IMG/VR virus record: IMGVR_UViG_3300007512_001367
Location: 62,001 to 117,806 of that record
DNA length: 55,806 nt
Source of the DNA: an uncultured virus (IMG/VR IMGVR_UViG_3300007512_001367)
Taxonomy: Duplodnaviria; Heunggongvirae; Uroviricota; Caudoviricetes
Strand: one strand, 5' to 3'
Positions 38,785-47,953 of the stretch are shown piece by piece (positions within the stretch are counted from its first letter, which is position 1; each line of letters begins with the position of its first letter). The notes beneath the pieces are model-generated. The model was not told the origin of the DNA. It worked only from the letters and a program-made list of their open reading frames with translations, and did not search any database. The translations under genes and the position numbers were made by a program.

Positions 38785-39773
38785 AAAAACTTATCTTTAT
38801 TTTCAATTAATTTCGATATACTAATCAACTCATTAAAATTATAATGTTTTGAAGGCATAAGGTCAATTGGATTTTTGTAGTTTGATGACTTTGATAACCA
38901 CAATAAGTTAGTTTTAGTTAATTTAAATGTTTTATTGATTGAATTTATATTATCATTGTGTTTGTTATAAACATAATCTAATTCAAAGTTATTAATGAAT
39001 TTTAAAAAAAGATTTGCACCAACACGGTTATAATATCTTTGTTGTTGCATTATGCTGTAATGATCGTTTATTTTTGTTTTTGAAAATCGTATTGCTGATC
39101 TAAAATCATCAATTGGTAATGCTTTATGCATACTAAAATATATTTCGTTAAAGGGAGTTAAGTCAATTTCTATCTTTTGATTAGTAATAGGTAATAATGT
39201 TAAGTCAATAGTAAGATAACATTCTTTATTAACACATTTTTTAATAATATTTTTTAATTCAGTAATAGAATAATGCGGTGAGGGGTATTCAATTAATACA
39301 GTTTGTCCTTTTTTACAATCAAGAGGATGAGTAACAGTTAATTGATATTGATCAAGCATATCAAACGTATTATAATAGGTGTTTTTTAAAATGCCAAATT
39401 TATTTTTGGATCGATTTATAAGAGAAAAAATAAAATCAGAAGCACCATTCCCAAGAGTAAGATTTTGTAATTTATCAACACCTAATATTGATATTAAATT
39501 AGATTTTTTAAACCAATTTTTAATTGTGTTACTAAATTTATTGATATTAATTTCTTTTCTTAATTCTTTTACAGATAAAGAAGATATTAATTTCTCAATA
39601 GAAGGATCTCTAGGTGCATATATTCCAGTATACATAAGTTTTGCTCTATTTTTAATATCGTCGTAGGTAGTAGGTTTGTCTAGATGCAATCTTGAATCAT
39701 AATTAATAGAACCTTGGTGTTCTGATACAGCAATTAACCAAGAAGCTTGATTTAGGTTATTTTTCATTTCCAA
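38778..39773 (-). CDS. Degenerate PLP-dependent transferase-like protein
   Basis: NGASDFI, VLIEYP, LTID, FSMHK resembling the fold-type I PLP Lys motif. Confidence 0.5.
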   Translation of the reverse strand: MEMKNNLNQASWLIAVSEHQGSINYDSRLHLDKPTTYDDIKNRAKLMYTGIYAPRDPSIEKLISSLSVKELRKEININKFSNTIKNWFKKSNLISILGVDKLQNLTLGNGASDFIFSLINRSKNKFGILKNTYYNTFDMLDQYQLTVTHPLDCKKGQTVLIEYPSPHYSITELKNIIKKCVNKECYLTIDLTLLPITNQKIEIDLTPFNEIYFSMHKALPIDDFRSAIRFSKTKINDHYSIMQQQRYYNRVGANLFLKFINNFELDYVYNKHNDNINSINKTFKLTKTNLLWLSKSSNYKNPIDLMPSKHYNFNELISISKLIENKDKFFW

Positions 39774-40459
39774 TTATCAATAACAAATTGATCTCCACAG
39801 TTAAAAGGTTTAGGTTCTCCATGAAATACTGCTACGTTGTTCTGTTCTGTAATTCTTGCAGGACGTTCAAATATAAATTTTTTTCCTTTTCTAATTTTAG
39901 TAGTTTTTAAACCAATCATTTCCCATTTGTATGAGCGAATCCAATCATCGGGCCAATGATTAATTTGATCTTTAGCTCTTACTGTAATATAATCTTGATC
40001 ACCATGGTTGTTTTGCATAATTTGAGTATGATTATTATTAAAATCGTCCCAAAGGAAATTCATCGTACCAGTTTGCCAACGCATTACACTTGAGTTGCAT
40101 AATTTCCAATCTTTTATTCTACATCGGTTAAAATCTCGAATAATCATAAATTTGCCTGGATTGTGTGTAAACAAATTATCAATATTACGAAATACAATAA
40201 TATCAAGATCAAAATATAATATATTGCCTTGTAAAGGAAGATGAGAGCCAAACATCCATAATTTACTCCACCAAGTTTTAATCCATGGATCATTTGGTAA
40301 TTTAATAGTTTTTATGTGTGAATCTAAACCTGTTGGGTCGTCGGTAATACAATGAAATTCATAAGGTACAGTAGTATTTCTTTTAACCATATTATAAAGT
40401 ACATTGGCATATTGAGAAATATACTTGTTACCCCATTTAACGCATACTATATGATTCAT
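39764..40459 (-). CDS. Glycosyltransferase (GT-A, GT8-like)
   Basis: CVKWGNKY, WWSKL, LYFDLD, NSSVM, GDQDY, FHGEPKP. Confidence 0.8.
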   Translation of the reverse strand: MNHIVCVKWGNKYISQYANVLYNMVKRNTTVPYEFHCITDDPTGLDSHIKTIKLPNDPWIKTWWSKLWMFGSHLPLQGNILYFDLDIIVFRNIDNLFTHNPGKFMIIRDFNRCRIKDWKLCNSSVMRWQTGTMNFLWDDFNNNHTQIMQNNHGDQDYITVRAKDQINHWPDDWIRSYKWEMIGLKTTKIRKGKKFIFERPARITEQNNVAVFHGEPKPFNCGDQFVIDNWK

Positions 40460-41570
40460 ATCCTTGTTTTAATCCTTCTATTTGTATTTTTTTCCAATTA
40501 TCACTTTCAAGACTGTATGGATATTCGTTTTCCCAACTTCGTAACCCAATAGTGTGAATACTTTTTATATTTAAATTGTTTTTCATTGTATTATACACTT
40601 CTAGAAATGGTTTATTTTGAAATGCTAATTTCATGTCTACTTGGCCGATTTTAATATATCCAAGAGATAATTTTGGGTCTTCCCAATCGTAATTGTTTTC
40701 CTTTAACCATTTTTTAAACTCATCTATTTCTTTTTTCTTAAATGCGTGTGTTTCTTCTGTGATAGTATCGCCCCATTCAATATCAAACTCACCAGAATAG
40801 TATTTTTGATGGTTTATTTCGGAACACATAGATTCAGTCATTACAGGTGCGTATTCATCTCTAAAAACTTCATATAAAGTTTTGCCAACTTGTGACCAAT
40901 GTAGATATACACCACCTAATTCTCTGTTATATCTGTTTTGTTTGAATAATTCATAATCTTCTTCGTGTAAATCGTGTCTAGGTGCATTTAAAAATGTAGT
41001 AATTTGAGAAGGCCTCATCCATGCAGGGTCTACTACACTTTTTCTATAACTTAATACCCAATTTTCTATTTCATGACAAAGATTATTAAGTTGTCTTATT
41101 GCATATTTTGTTTCTGTGTCTGCTTGTTTGTAGTAATCGGAAATTTTCCATGCAGTTCCTTGTAGTTCTTCAAAATACCTATGTAATAAATTACAAGCAT
41201 CATGTTTTAATCTTAATCCTGGTTTCTCCCATTCATTTCCACTTGGACAAAGTCCTGTTGGGAGTGTAGATGAGTGTTGAAAATCTGCTGGAGTAAATGA
41301 TTTTAATTTAGGATATTCTGGATTAAATTTAAATGAATCTATTTGTGCTATATTTTTGTTTAATTCTTCGCAAAGATAAGTTAAATCTCTTTTAGAATCT
41401 GCCCAACCTAAAAAACAGAAGTTTTTTTCTAATATTCTTTTTTCTGTTAAATTATCTTTTAGTGCTTCAAGAAATCTTTTTCCTAAAGGAGTATCGTAAA
41501 TGTGTACTCTTACTTGTTTGTTGTTGTATTGAATTACTAAATTTTCAAATAGAGTTATTTGCTTGTCCAT
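40437..41570 (-). CDS. Hypothetical phage protein
   Basis: 377-aa co-oriented ORF. Confidence 0.65.
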   Translation of the reverse strand: MDKQITLFENLVIQYNNKQVRVHIYDTPLGKRFLEALKDNLTEKRILEKNFCFLGWADSKRDLTYLCEELNKNIAQIDSFKFNPEYPKLKSFTPADFQHSSTLPTGLCPSGNEWEKPGLRLKHDACNLLHRYFEELQGTAWKISDYYKQADTETKYAIRQLNNLCHEIENWVLSYRKSVVDPAWMRPSQITTFLNAPRHDLHEEDYELFKQNRYNRELGGVYLHWSQVGKTLYEVFRDEYAPVMTESMCSEINHQKYYSGEFDIEWGDTITEETHAFKKKEIDEFKKWLKENNYDWEDPKLSLGYIKIGQVDMKLAFQNKPFLEVYNTMKNNLNIKSIHTIGLRSWENEYPYSLESDNWKKIQIEGLKQGYESYSMR

Positions 41571-42061
41571 CCCTTGAATCCTGCATTTGGGTTTGTGTAG
41601 ATTGAGCTATTTTTGTCATTCTCTCTAGCTTCAACACTAATAACCCAAGCACGACCACGAGATTTTTCACGTAACCATTTATCTGTCCATTCACAAAGAT
41701 AATGTGCAGTACCTTCCATGCCAGGTCCCATTGGATGAGTTCTAATTCGGCATACACCTGCTTGTTCTAATTCTTTAAATTTATCCATATGTGGATCTTC
41801 TTCATCAAGTACTAAAGTATGGTCATACATATGATCTAAATGTGCTTTTAATTCTTTTAAGTCACCATAGTCTACTGCAAAGCCTTCTTTTGTAAATGTT
41901 TTAATGCCAAATACAAAATGAAAACTTCTGCTGTATCCGTGAATTAAATGGCAGTTGCCATCATGTCTATATTGTCTATGAGCACACGGAAAATTCCAAA
42001 AACTTTTTGTGGAAGTAAAACATTCTTCTGTTACGTTGTCTTTAATTTCTATATCAGCCAT
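41555..42061 (-). CDS. queD: 6-carboxytetrahydropterin synthase (QueD/PTPS family)
   Basis: CAHRQ...C..IHGY, VDYGDLK, DHT, V..RE. Confidence 0.85.
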   Translation of the reverse strand: MADIEIKDNVTEECFTSTKSFWNFPCAHRQYRHDGNCHLIHGYSRSFHFVFGIKTFTKEGFAVDYGDLKELKAHLDHMYDHTLVLDEEDPHMDKFKELEQAGVCRIRTHPMGPGMEGTAHYLCEWTDKWLREKSRGRAWVISVEARENDKNSSIYTNPNAGFKGWTSK

Positions 42062-42318
42062 TAGTGTAACCTCTTTTTAATATCGTTAACGTCAATTCCT
42101 AGTTCATTTGATTTATTACGAATTGAATCAGTTAACTCGTTTGGGATATTTAATTCTCCATCAAGGATAGATTTTAAAAAGTGGATAAACACCGTAAATT
42201 CTGGTCTCTTTGTTACTGTCTCAGGATCAATGTTATATTTTTCCATTTGATCTAACATAGCTTCTGTAACATCAACTAATGCTTTAATACTTGTACTATG
42301 TTTTTCAAAATGTGTCAT
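42061..42318 (-). CDS. Hypothetical protein
   Basis: Stop/start overlaps with both neighbours. Confidence 0.65.
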   Translation of the reverse strand: MTHFEKHSTSIKALVDVTEAMLDQMEKYNIDPETVTKRPEFTVFIHFLKSILDGELNIPNELTDSIRNKSNELGIDVNDIKKRLH

Positions 42319-42623
42319 TATACTATAATTTTTGGTTTCTCAGGTGTTTTTATTGTAGAAAATATTCTTTCGTATTCTTGTTTAATTTTATCATTAATAT
42401 TTGCAATAGATGTAATTTTATTTCTACAAATGTTAATAGGTTCGTTTTGTTCAGCAGTAGAAAAGAATGTTCCAAATGCTAAACCTTTAGGACCTTGCAT
42501 TAATACTAATGCTTTCTCTATACTGATATAATCAGAATTAAGTGATTTAAAATTTGCAATTACTTCTTCACCTGATGCAAGTTTAAGAGTAATAACATTT
42601 CCTTCTTTAAATTTGTCAAACAT
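42318..42623 (-). CDS. Sm-like fold phage protein
   Basis: VITLKLASGEEVIA N-terminus typical of Sm-like small beta proteins. Confidence 0.6.
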   Translation of the reverse strand: MFDKFKEGNVITLKLASGEEVIANFKSLNSDYISIEKALVLMQGPKGLAFGTFFSTAEQNEPINICRNKITSIANINDKIKQEYERIFSTIKTPEKPKIIV

Positions 42624-42629
42624 AATACT

Positions 42630-42657
42630 ATTATAAACTTTATTTAGATTTTGTCAA
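42630..42657 (-). promoter_or_regulatory. Sigma70 consensus promoter
   Basis: TTGACA-N16-TATAAT-N6-ATG. Confidence 0.8.
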
Positions 42658-43272
42658 TTGCTTATTAATAAATTTAGCCATGCCGTCATAAGATTCTTGG
42701 AAAACGTTTTTATGTTGAGACCATTCCTCTGGCATTTTCCATTTTTCTTGATTTACCACGATCCAACGAACATTTGGAAATAATTCCATTAATTTGTGGA
42801 ATTGATGTACCCAATAAGATGGATCAACTGGTCGTTTAATGTATTCATATCCTTTAGTATTTTTGTATATATTATTGACTGTTTTTCCTATTGGATAAAG
42901 ATCAAATCCTAACATAAAAATTGCTTTTGGTTTAAAAGTTAATGCTACTACACCTGCGTATGGTCCAGTCCCCCAATGGAACGGGTCATCTTTTCGTTGA
43001 TCGCCGTGATAAGGTAAATGTGGTATTTTTATTACATTTGGCCACATGGCAAATTGATTAACCCATTTATCTCTGGTGTAAATTGTGGTGCCTTTGCCTA
43101 CAGTGTTTACTGCTTCTTGACACATATGTTTATCAGCACATACTAGGTATTCACAGACGTAATCTCTGAATATAGCATTACATCCTACCACCGTTGAAAA
43201 TAGTTTTAGTGGAGTTATATCAAACCCCCGTCTACTCTCACCATTTCCTACAACACTTACGAATTTAGTCAT
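42640..43272 (-). CDS. Paralog of 35388..36128 (MAF/MptE/sialyltransferase-like)
   Basis: VVGNGESR, VGCNAIFRD, WGTGPYA, MLGFDL. Confidence 0.6.
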   Translation of the reverse strand: MTKFVSVVGNGESRRGFDITPLKLFSTVVGCNAIFRDYVCEYLVCADKHMCQEAVNTVGKGTTIYTRDKWVNQFAMWPNVIKIPHLPYHGDQRKDDPFHWGTGPYAGVVALTFKPKAIFMLGFDLYPIGKTVNNIYKNTKGYEYIKRPVDPSYWVHQFHKLMELFPNVRWIVVNQEKWKMPEEWSQHKNVFQESYDGMAKFINKQLTKSK

Positions 43273-43346
43273 ATTGCTATTTAAACACCCTTTTAAGCTG
43301 TATTAGAGCGACGTATACGCATGGTAAAGGCAGGTCAAGTATCAAA

Positions 43347-44801
43347 CTATCCACCAATATTTTCGGCATAACTTCTTTTTTTAACAGGATATTTTCCAGT
43401 AAAACAAGCGTCGCAATAGCCTTTACTTTTCATTGCTTTATGTAATCCTTCTATAGATATATATTCTAATGAATCAGCATCAATAAATTCTTTAATTTCT
43501 TTTACGTTACTTTCTCCGGCTATAAGCTCTTTTCTGTTTGGTGTATCTATACCATACCAACACGGACCAGTAACTGGCGGAGATGAAATACGCATATGAA
43601 TTTCTTTAGCGCCTGCATTTCTTATTAAATTTATAATTTTCTTTGCTGTTGTGCCTCTAACAATAGAATCATCAATAACGGTAACTGTTTTATCTTTAAA
43701 TAATCGCATAGCACTATGTTTTAATTTTACACCCAAGTCTCGTATTTTTTGTGTAGGTTCAATAAATGTTCTTCCTCTGTAATGACTTCGTGTAAGTCCT
43801 AGTTCAAAAGGAATTTTTGATTGGTTAGCATATCCAAGTGCAGATACCATACCAGAATCAGGTACTGGAACAACCATATCAGAATCAACATAAGTTTCTT
43901 TTGCTAATTCTTCACCTATTCTTTTACGAACATCATATACTAATTGGTTATCAATAACAGAATCAGGTCTCGAAAAATAAATGTGTTCAAATATACAAAA
44001 ATGTTTTGTAACTTTTTTATCTAAATAATATGTTTCTCTATCTTTTTTTACTTTTTTTCTCTGTGAACTGATAGAATCTTCCTTCTGGTCTAACCGAGAC
44101 CATTTGAAATTAACATCCATGGCCCAATTTTTTAGTGTTGTTTCGTTATCAAATATAATTACTTCTCCAGGTTCAACATCTCTAATATTTGTTGCACCAA
44201 TTAAATCAAGAGCACAGGTTTCTGATGCTATTGCATATCCTTCTTTGTATTGACCTATAACTAAAGGACGAAAGCCATAAGGATCTCGAGCGACAACTAA
44301 TTTATTATCCATTAATGCTATTATGCTAAATGCACCATTTACTTTATTCAATACTGTGAGTAAACGATCCACAGGATCAATACCTTTTGTTCGAGCAATT
44401 AAATGTGGAATAATTTCTGTATCAGTTGATGTTTGAAATATTGCACCTTCTTCAGATAGCTTTTGTCTCCAATATGCAGAATCAGTAAAGTCACCATTAT
44501 GGGCAATAGCAAAACCACCGAAGTCTAAATTGTAAAATAATGGTTGAACATTACTTTTTCCAGTGCCTCCAGTAGTACTGTATCTAACGTGTCCAATTGC
44601 TGTACTACCTGGAAGATTTTCTATAACTTTATTTTTACTAAAAATATGATCAACACGTCCATAGTCACCGTGGGTATGAAATTTTTTATCGTATGAAATA
44701 ATACCCGCACCTTCTTGGCCTCGATGTTGCAAGGCATGAATGCCTAATGCCGCAATTTTAGAAGCTTCAGGAACATTGTATATTCCAACTATTCCACACA
44801 T
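43347..44801 (-). CDS. purF: Amidophosphoribosyltransferase, Fe-S type
   Basis: N-terminal MCG, QHRGQE, GHVRYST, HNG, PRPP loop VIDDSIVRGTT, Cys ligands CIFE/PCWYG/CDAC. Confidence 0.97.
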   Translation of the reverse strand: MCGIVGIYNVPEASKIAALGIHALQHRGQEGAGIISYDKKFHTHGDYGRVDHIFSKNKVIENLPGSTAIGHVRYSTTGGTGKSNVQPLFYNLDFGGFAIAHNGDFTDSAYWRQKLSEEGAIFQTSTDTEIIPHLIARTKGIDPVDRLLTVLNKVNGAFSIIALMDNKLVVARDPYGFRPLVIGQYKEGYAIASETCALDLIGATNIRDVEPGEVIIFDNETTLKNWAMDVNFKWSRLDQKEDSISSQRKKVKKDRETYYLDKKVTKHFCIFEHIYFSRPDSVIDNQLVYDVRKRIGEELAKETYVDSDMVVPVPDSGMVSALGYANQSKIPFELGLTRSHYRGRTFIEPTQKIRDLGVKLKHSAMRLFKDKTVTVIDDSIVRGTTAKKIINLIRNAGAKEIHMRISSPPVTGPCWYGIDTPNRKELIAGESNVKEIKEFIDADSLEYISIEGLHKAMKSKGYCDACFTGKYPVKKRSYAENIGG

Positions 44802-44816
44802 ATATCAATAATTATG

Positions 44817-45104
44817 CTAATCTTCGTTAACCAGATGCCAAACTGTTTTGTATCGATTCCAGGCTTTTTGTAAAGTAGGATATTTTCTACGTAATTTAAT
44901 AGCATCAGCACCTACCATATCATTTTCGTTATATGCTACCTCAATATCTTTAGCTAATTGGGATTGTGAAACCATTTTGCCTCTTTTTCCATTTTTCTTT
45001 TGTATAAAAACTGTTTCACCACCATCAGGAGAAACAAAAATTACACCTTTTGGAACATCGTCAACACTCATTGGCCAAGTTAATTTCTTTTTTCTTTTTT
45101 TCAT
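44817..45104 (-). CDS. Hypothetical phage protein
   Basis: SPDGGETV motif; co-oriented. Confidence 0.6.
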   Translation of the reverse strand: MKKRKKKLTWPMSVDDVPKGVIFVSPDGGETVFIQKKNGKRGKMVSQSQLAKDIEVAYNENDMVGADAIKLRRKYPTLQKAWNRYKTVWHLVNED

Positions 45105-45511
45105 TAGTAATATCGTTTGTGATCGCCATTAGGATGACATAGTCTTATTCCATTAGATTTTTTAGGTTTACAATCACCGTTATGCCGAGGAATTAAATGT
45201 ACGTGTGGCCACATAATAGATTGTCCAGCGGCTAATCCAATATTTTGTCCTATATTAAATCCATCCATTCTGCCTTCTTTGATCCATTCTTCTCCACAAT
45301 AAAAAGCGAGTTTGTATGCTTCAGTAATATGTTCTATATTATTTTTTTTTGGTACAAATAATAAATGTCCTTTTGTGACCGGAAATTTATCGTAGAATAC
45401 TGAAACTTTTTTATTTTGGAACATTGGTTTGGCATTACCCAACCAAGTACATTCTTCATAATATTTGATTACTTCTCTGGGTTTCTTGAATGTAGGTTTT
45501 TTTGATGGCAT
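45104..45511 (-). CDS. HIT-family nucleotide hydrolase
   Basis: DKFPVTKGHLLFVPK, AAGQSIMWPHVHLIPR. Confidence 0.9.
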   Translation of the reverse strand: MPSKKPTFKKPREVIKYYEECTWLGNAKPMFQNKKVSVFYDKFPVTKGHLLFVPKKNNIEHITEAYKLAFYCGEEWIKEGRMDGFNIGQNIGLAAGQSIMWPHVHLIPRHNGDCKPKKSNGIRLCHPNGDHKRYY

Positions 45512-45830
45512 TGGTTTTTATTATTCCTATTTTAATATTACTTGAGTTTGGACGATGTTGCAACCTAATTTCGGTCCAATATTTTGTTTTAGGCACAGAT
45601 GTATTATAATCAGTAATATTTAATAAATTAACTATTGCTTTTCTAACTTTTTCAGCACCACCGTGTTTTTTGCAAGTATCAGATCTTCCTATGTGTACTA
45701 TTGTTTTGTTAATTTTTATTTTATATACACAAGGTAATTTTATCCATTTGGTAACTGGATTTTTATTATGTCGTATCTTATATTTGTTTATAGTATATAA
45801 ATCTTCTATAGAATACCATTTAATATCCAT
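45456..45830 (-). CDS. Hypothetical protein, weak GIY-YIG resemblance
   Basis: CVYKIK...VHIGRS. Confidence 0.45.
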   Translation of the reverse strand: MDIKWYSIEDLYTINKYKIRHNKNPVTKWIKLPCVYKIKINKTIVHIGRSDTCKKHGGAEKVRKAIVNLLNITDYNTSVPKTKYWTEIRLQHRPNSSNIKIGIIKTNAIKKTYIQETQRSNQIL

Positions 45831-45831
45831 T

Positions 45832-46110
45832 TTAATACCAAATAAAATTGTAGAGGAAAATTATTCCACAAACCCATCCAGCAAAACCATACCAAAAGTC
45901 ATCCCAACTCCAGTGACCTTTACTCCATAAGTCTAGTCCTTCTTTAATAATTGTTGCAATAAGTCCTAACCATACTAATGGTAGCCAAAATATTGCAAAC
46001 ATAGTTAAAAAGAAAGACCATAAGAAATGTAGTTGTAAGTCTAGTCTAAAATAGTGAAGGATACAATCAGTTAGTTTTTTATAATAAGTTTTAGTTTCCA
46101 TTGTCATCAA
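45832..46110 (-). CDS. Small membrane protein
   Basis: Hydrophobic helices with H...KE..D...WDD motif. Confidence 0.6.
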   Translation of the reverse strand: MMTMETKTYYKKLTDCILHYFRLDLQLHFLWSFFLTMFAIFWLPLVWLGLIATIIKEGLDLWSKGHWSWDDFWYGFAGWVCGIIFLYNFIWY

Positions 46111-46411
46111 AATCCATGTATAATGAATATTTGGCTGTTAATTCTTCGTCTGTTTTAATATTTTTAATTGACATAAGGTATACTACTGGTAATTGATGCC
46201 AAAATCCTTGATATGTTTTACAATTTGGATTAATTGAATGATTATAAAATGCTCCTAAAGCCGTTCTTATATGACCGTGTGGAAAGTTTTTATTTTTAAT
46301 ATGTACAATTCCAAATACTGTATCTTTTGGGAAATCTTTTGTAGCATATAATCCTAATCCTTGTATTTTAGAATATTTAATTGTGATTCCATCTGGAAGT
46401 GGTTTATACAT
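46091..46411 (-). CDS. Minimal SET-domain methyltransferase
   Basis: GLGLYA, FYNHSINPNC, EELTAKY. Confidence 0.88.
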   Translation of the reverse strand: MYKPLPDGITIKYSKIQGLGLYATKDFPKDTVFGIVHIKNKNFPHGHIRTALGAFYNHSINPNCKTYQGFWHQLPVVYLMSIKNIKTDEELTAKYSLYMDFDDNGN

Positions 46412-46936
46412 TTCTAATCCCTAACTGTTTATATACTTTTTGTACTTTTCTTGCTTGAAAGTAACAGTCTTCTAATGCATTATGCATACCTGTTCTTACT
46501 TCGTTAAGATCACGTGGTACTAAACTAAACAAAGTTCGAGAATCTCGTATTTGCCAGTATTGCCATGGAACAGGATGTCCTAATTGTTTATATAAATTTT
46601 GTAATATAGCATAATCAAATAAAGGTCCTTGACACCAAAATACATTCACACCTACTGCCCATTTGTTAATTCTTTTAACCATTTCTTCAAGAGGTATTCG
46701 ATCTTTTTCACCCATAGCTTCATCTTGTATTTCTTTTGATTGTGTTGCCCACCAATCAATTGTTTCTTGCATTACTTCTCTGCCTGTAGTAGTTTGTGAA
46801 TCCACATCTACTTTAAAATACATACCTTGTGATGGTTCTGTGTGTGTATATGGATCAAATTTTACACCACCTACTGTTAAAATCACAGCATTAGGGTTAG
46901 TGCTTAATGTTTCCAAATCTATCATTGCGTGGATCA
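46404..46936 (-). CDS. DEDDh 3'-5' exonuclease (Rv2179c/ExoVIII-like)
   Basis: MIDLETL, FDYAIL, RDSRT, HNALED; start re-assigned to MIHAMID. Confidence 0.88.
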
Positions 46937-47152
46937 TGAGTATTTTGCCTTTGGTTTCCATCCAGGTTCACCAACATCTTTTAATGGATCTGGAATTTGT
47001 TTTATATTAGTAATTTTGTGATTAGGAAATCTTGCTTCAATGTCTTTTCCAGTATCACTATAAACAAACGTTTTTATAGTTTTCTTTTCTAACTTTAAAT
47101 TGAATTCCCAAGCCTTTTGAGTTGAAGGAGCTGGTGCAGTTTTTATAACCAT
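46934..47152 (-). CDS. Hypothetical protein
   Basis: Co-oriented ORF filling the gap. Confidence 0.55.
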   Translation of the reverse strand: MVIKTAPAPSTQKAWEFNLKLEKKTIKTFVYSDTGKDIEARFPNHKITNIKQIPDPLKDVGEPGWKPKAKYS

Positions 47153-47156
47153 ACAA

Positions 47157-47444
47157 TTATTCTTTCTCCTTCGTTCTAAAATCGTATTTTATAGGTTTCC
47201 AATCTTCTGCAAATGGAAATATATGGGTATGTTCTTCAGGTCCGTCATAACCCCATTTAATTTTGCTCCATCCTCTTTCGTGAGCATAATATAAAAACAT
47301 TTTTGTTATTACCTCAATACCTGCAATAGCACCCGCTAACGTTAGGTAACCTGTAATTATCCAACTGATTAAAAATGTATCAGTAGTCGCAAGGATTCTC
47401 CAAGTCAAGGTTTTTACCAGACTTCTTCTGATTTTACTTCTCAT
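47157..47444 (-). CDS. DUF2061 membrane protein
   Basis: RSLVKTLTWR...YYAHERGW..IKWG. Confidence 0.85.
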   Translation of the reverse strand: MRSKIRRSLVKTLTWRILATTDTFLISWIITGYLTLAGAIAGIEVITKMFLYYAHERGWSKIKWGYDGPEEHTHIFPFAEDWKPIKYDFRTKEKE

Positions 47445-47449
47445 AGTTT

Positions 47450-47478
47450 ATTTTACTATGAAAACCAAGATCTGTCAA
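47450..47478 (-). promoter_or_regulatory. Sigma70-like promoter
   Basis: TTGACA-N17-TAAAAT-N5-ATG. Confidence 0.8.
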
Positions 47479-47733
47479 TTAGATGGCTGATGGGTTTGGT
47501 AAAGATTCCAAGGTAGGTTTACCACCATTTTCTAGGTAATCGTAATATTCGTTAAATTCGGGTTCATTCATGCAATATATTTCGCCAGCAGAAGTTGGAT
47601 ATTGTTTCACCATGAAATTTTTAACATTTTGTGATGCATTAAGGCAGTCGTTCATAGATGGATACCATGTCTGTTCCCAGATTGCATTACAATCCATGCC
47701 AAAACATATTATTATTACCATTATAAATTTCAT
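47479..47733 (-). CDS. Small Cys-containing, probably exported protein
   Basis: Hydrophobic N-terminus, four Cys, AAGGA SD. Confidence 0.6.
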   Translation of the reverse strand: MKFIMVIIICFGMDCNAIWEQTWYPSMNDCLNASQNVKNFMVKQYPTSAGEIYCMNEPEFNEYYDYLENGGKPTLESLPNPSAI

Positions 47734-47785
47734 TTCCTTCCCCGCTCGATTTATTTAAGTGTGTTGATTTAAAAGTTAAGTGAGT

Positions 47786-47947
47786 TTATTTCTTAGTCAA
47801 CTTATTGATGAGATCGAACGCAACTTTGACTTTTTCTTCAAGCACTTTAATTCGATAATGCGATTGTGCTAAAGTCACAATGAGCAATATGAAGGCCACA
47901 AAGATGGGCCATAGTTTAGATATTATTGTTATTGTGTCTGCGTCCAT
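47786..47947 (-). CDS. 53-aa single-TM protein (not in ORF track)
   Basis: MDADTITIISKLWPIFVAFILLIVTLAQSHYRIKVLEEKVKVAFDLINKLTKK; TATAAATA 6 nt upstream. Confidence 0.75.
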   Translation of the reverse strand: MDADTITIISKLWPIFVAFILLIVTLAQSHYRIKVLEEKVKVAFDLINKLTKK

Positions 47948-47953
47948 TATAGC

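Noticed and set aside
41545..41757. Alternate-frame minus-strand ORF in queD (likewise 48647..48871 in the cyclase)
   Set aside because: Nested in confidently assigned genes with no independent signals
43277..43369. 30-aa minus-strand ORF (MPKILVDSLILDLPLPCVYVALIQLKRVFK) and CGTATACG palindrome in a relatively GC-rich gap; also considered as tRNA/ncRNA
   Set aside because: No SD, no recognisable motif, no cloverleaf or TTC loop; cannot be supported without conservation data
45456..45830. Homing endonuclease call
   Set aside because: Only a weak VY...HIG resemblance to GIY-YIG, no clear downstream catalytic motifs and no intron context
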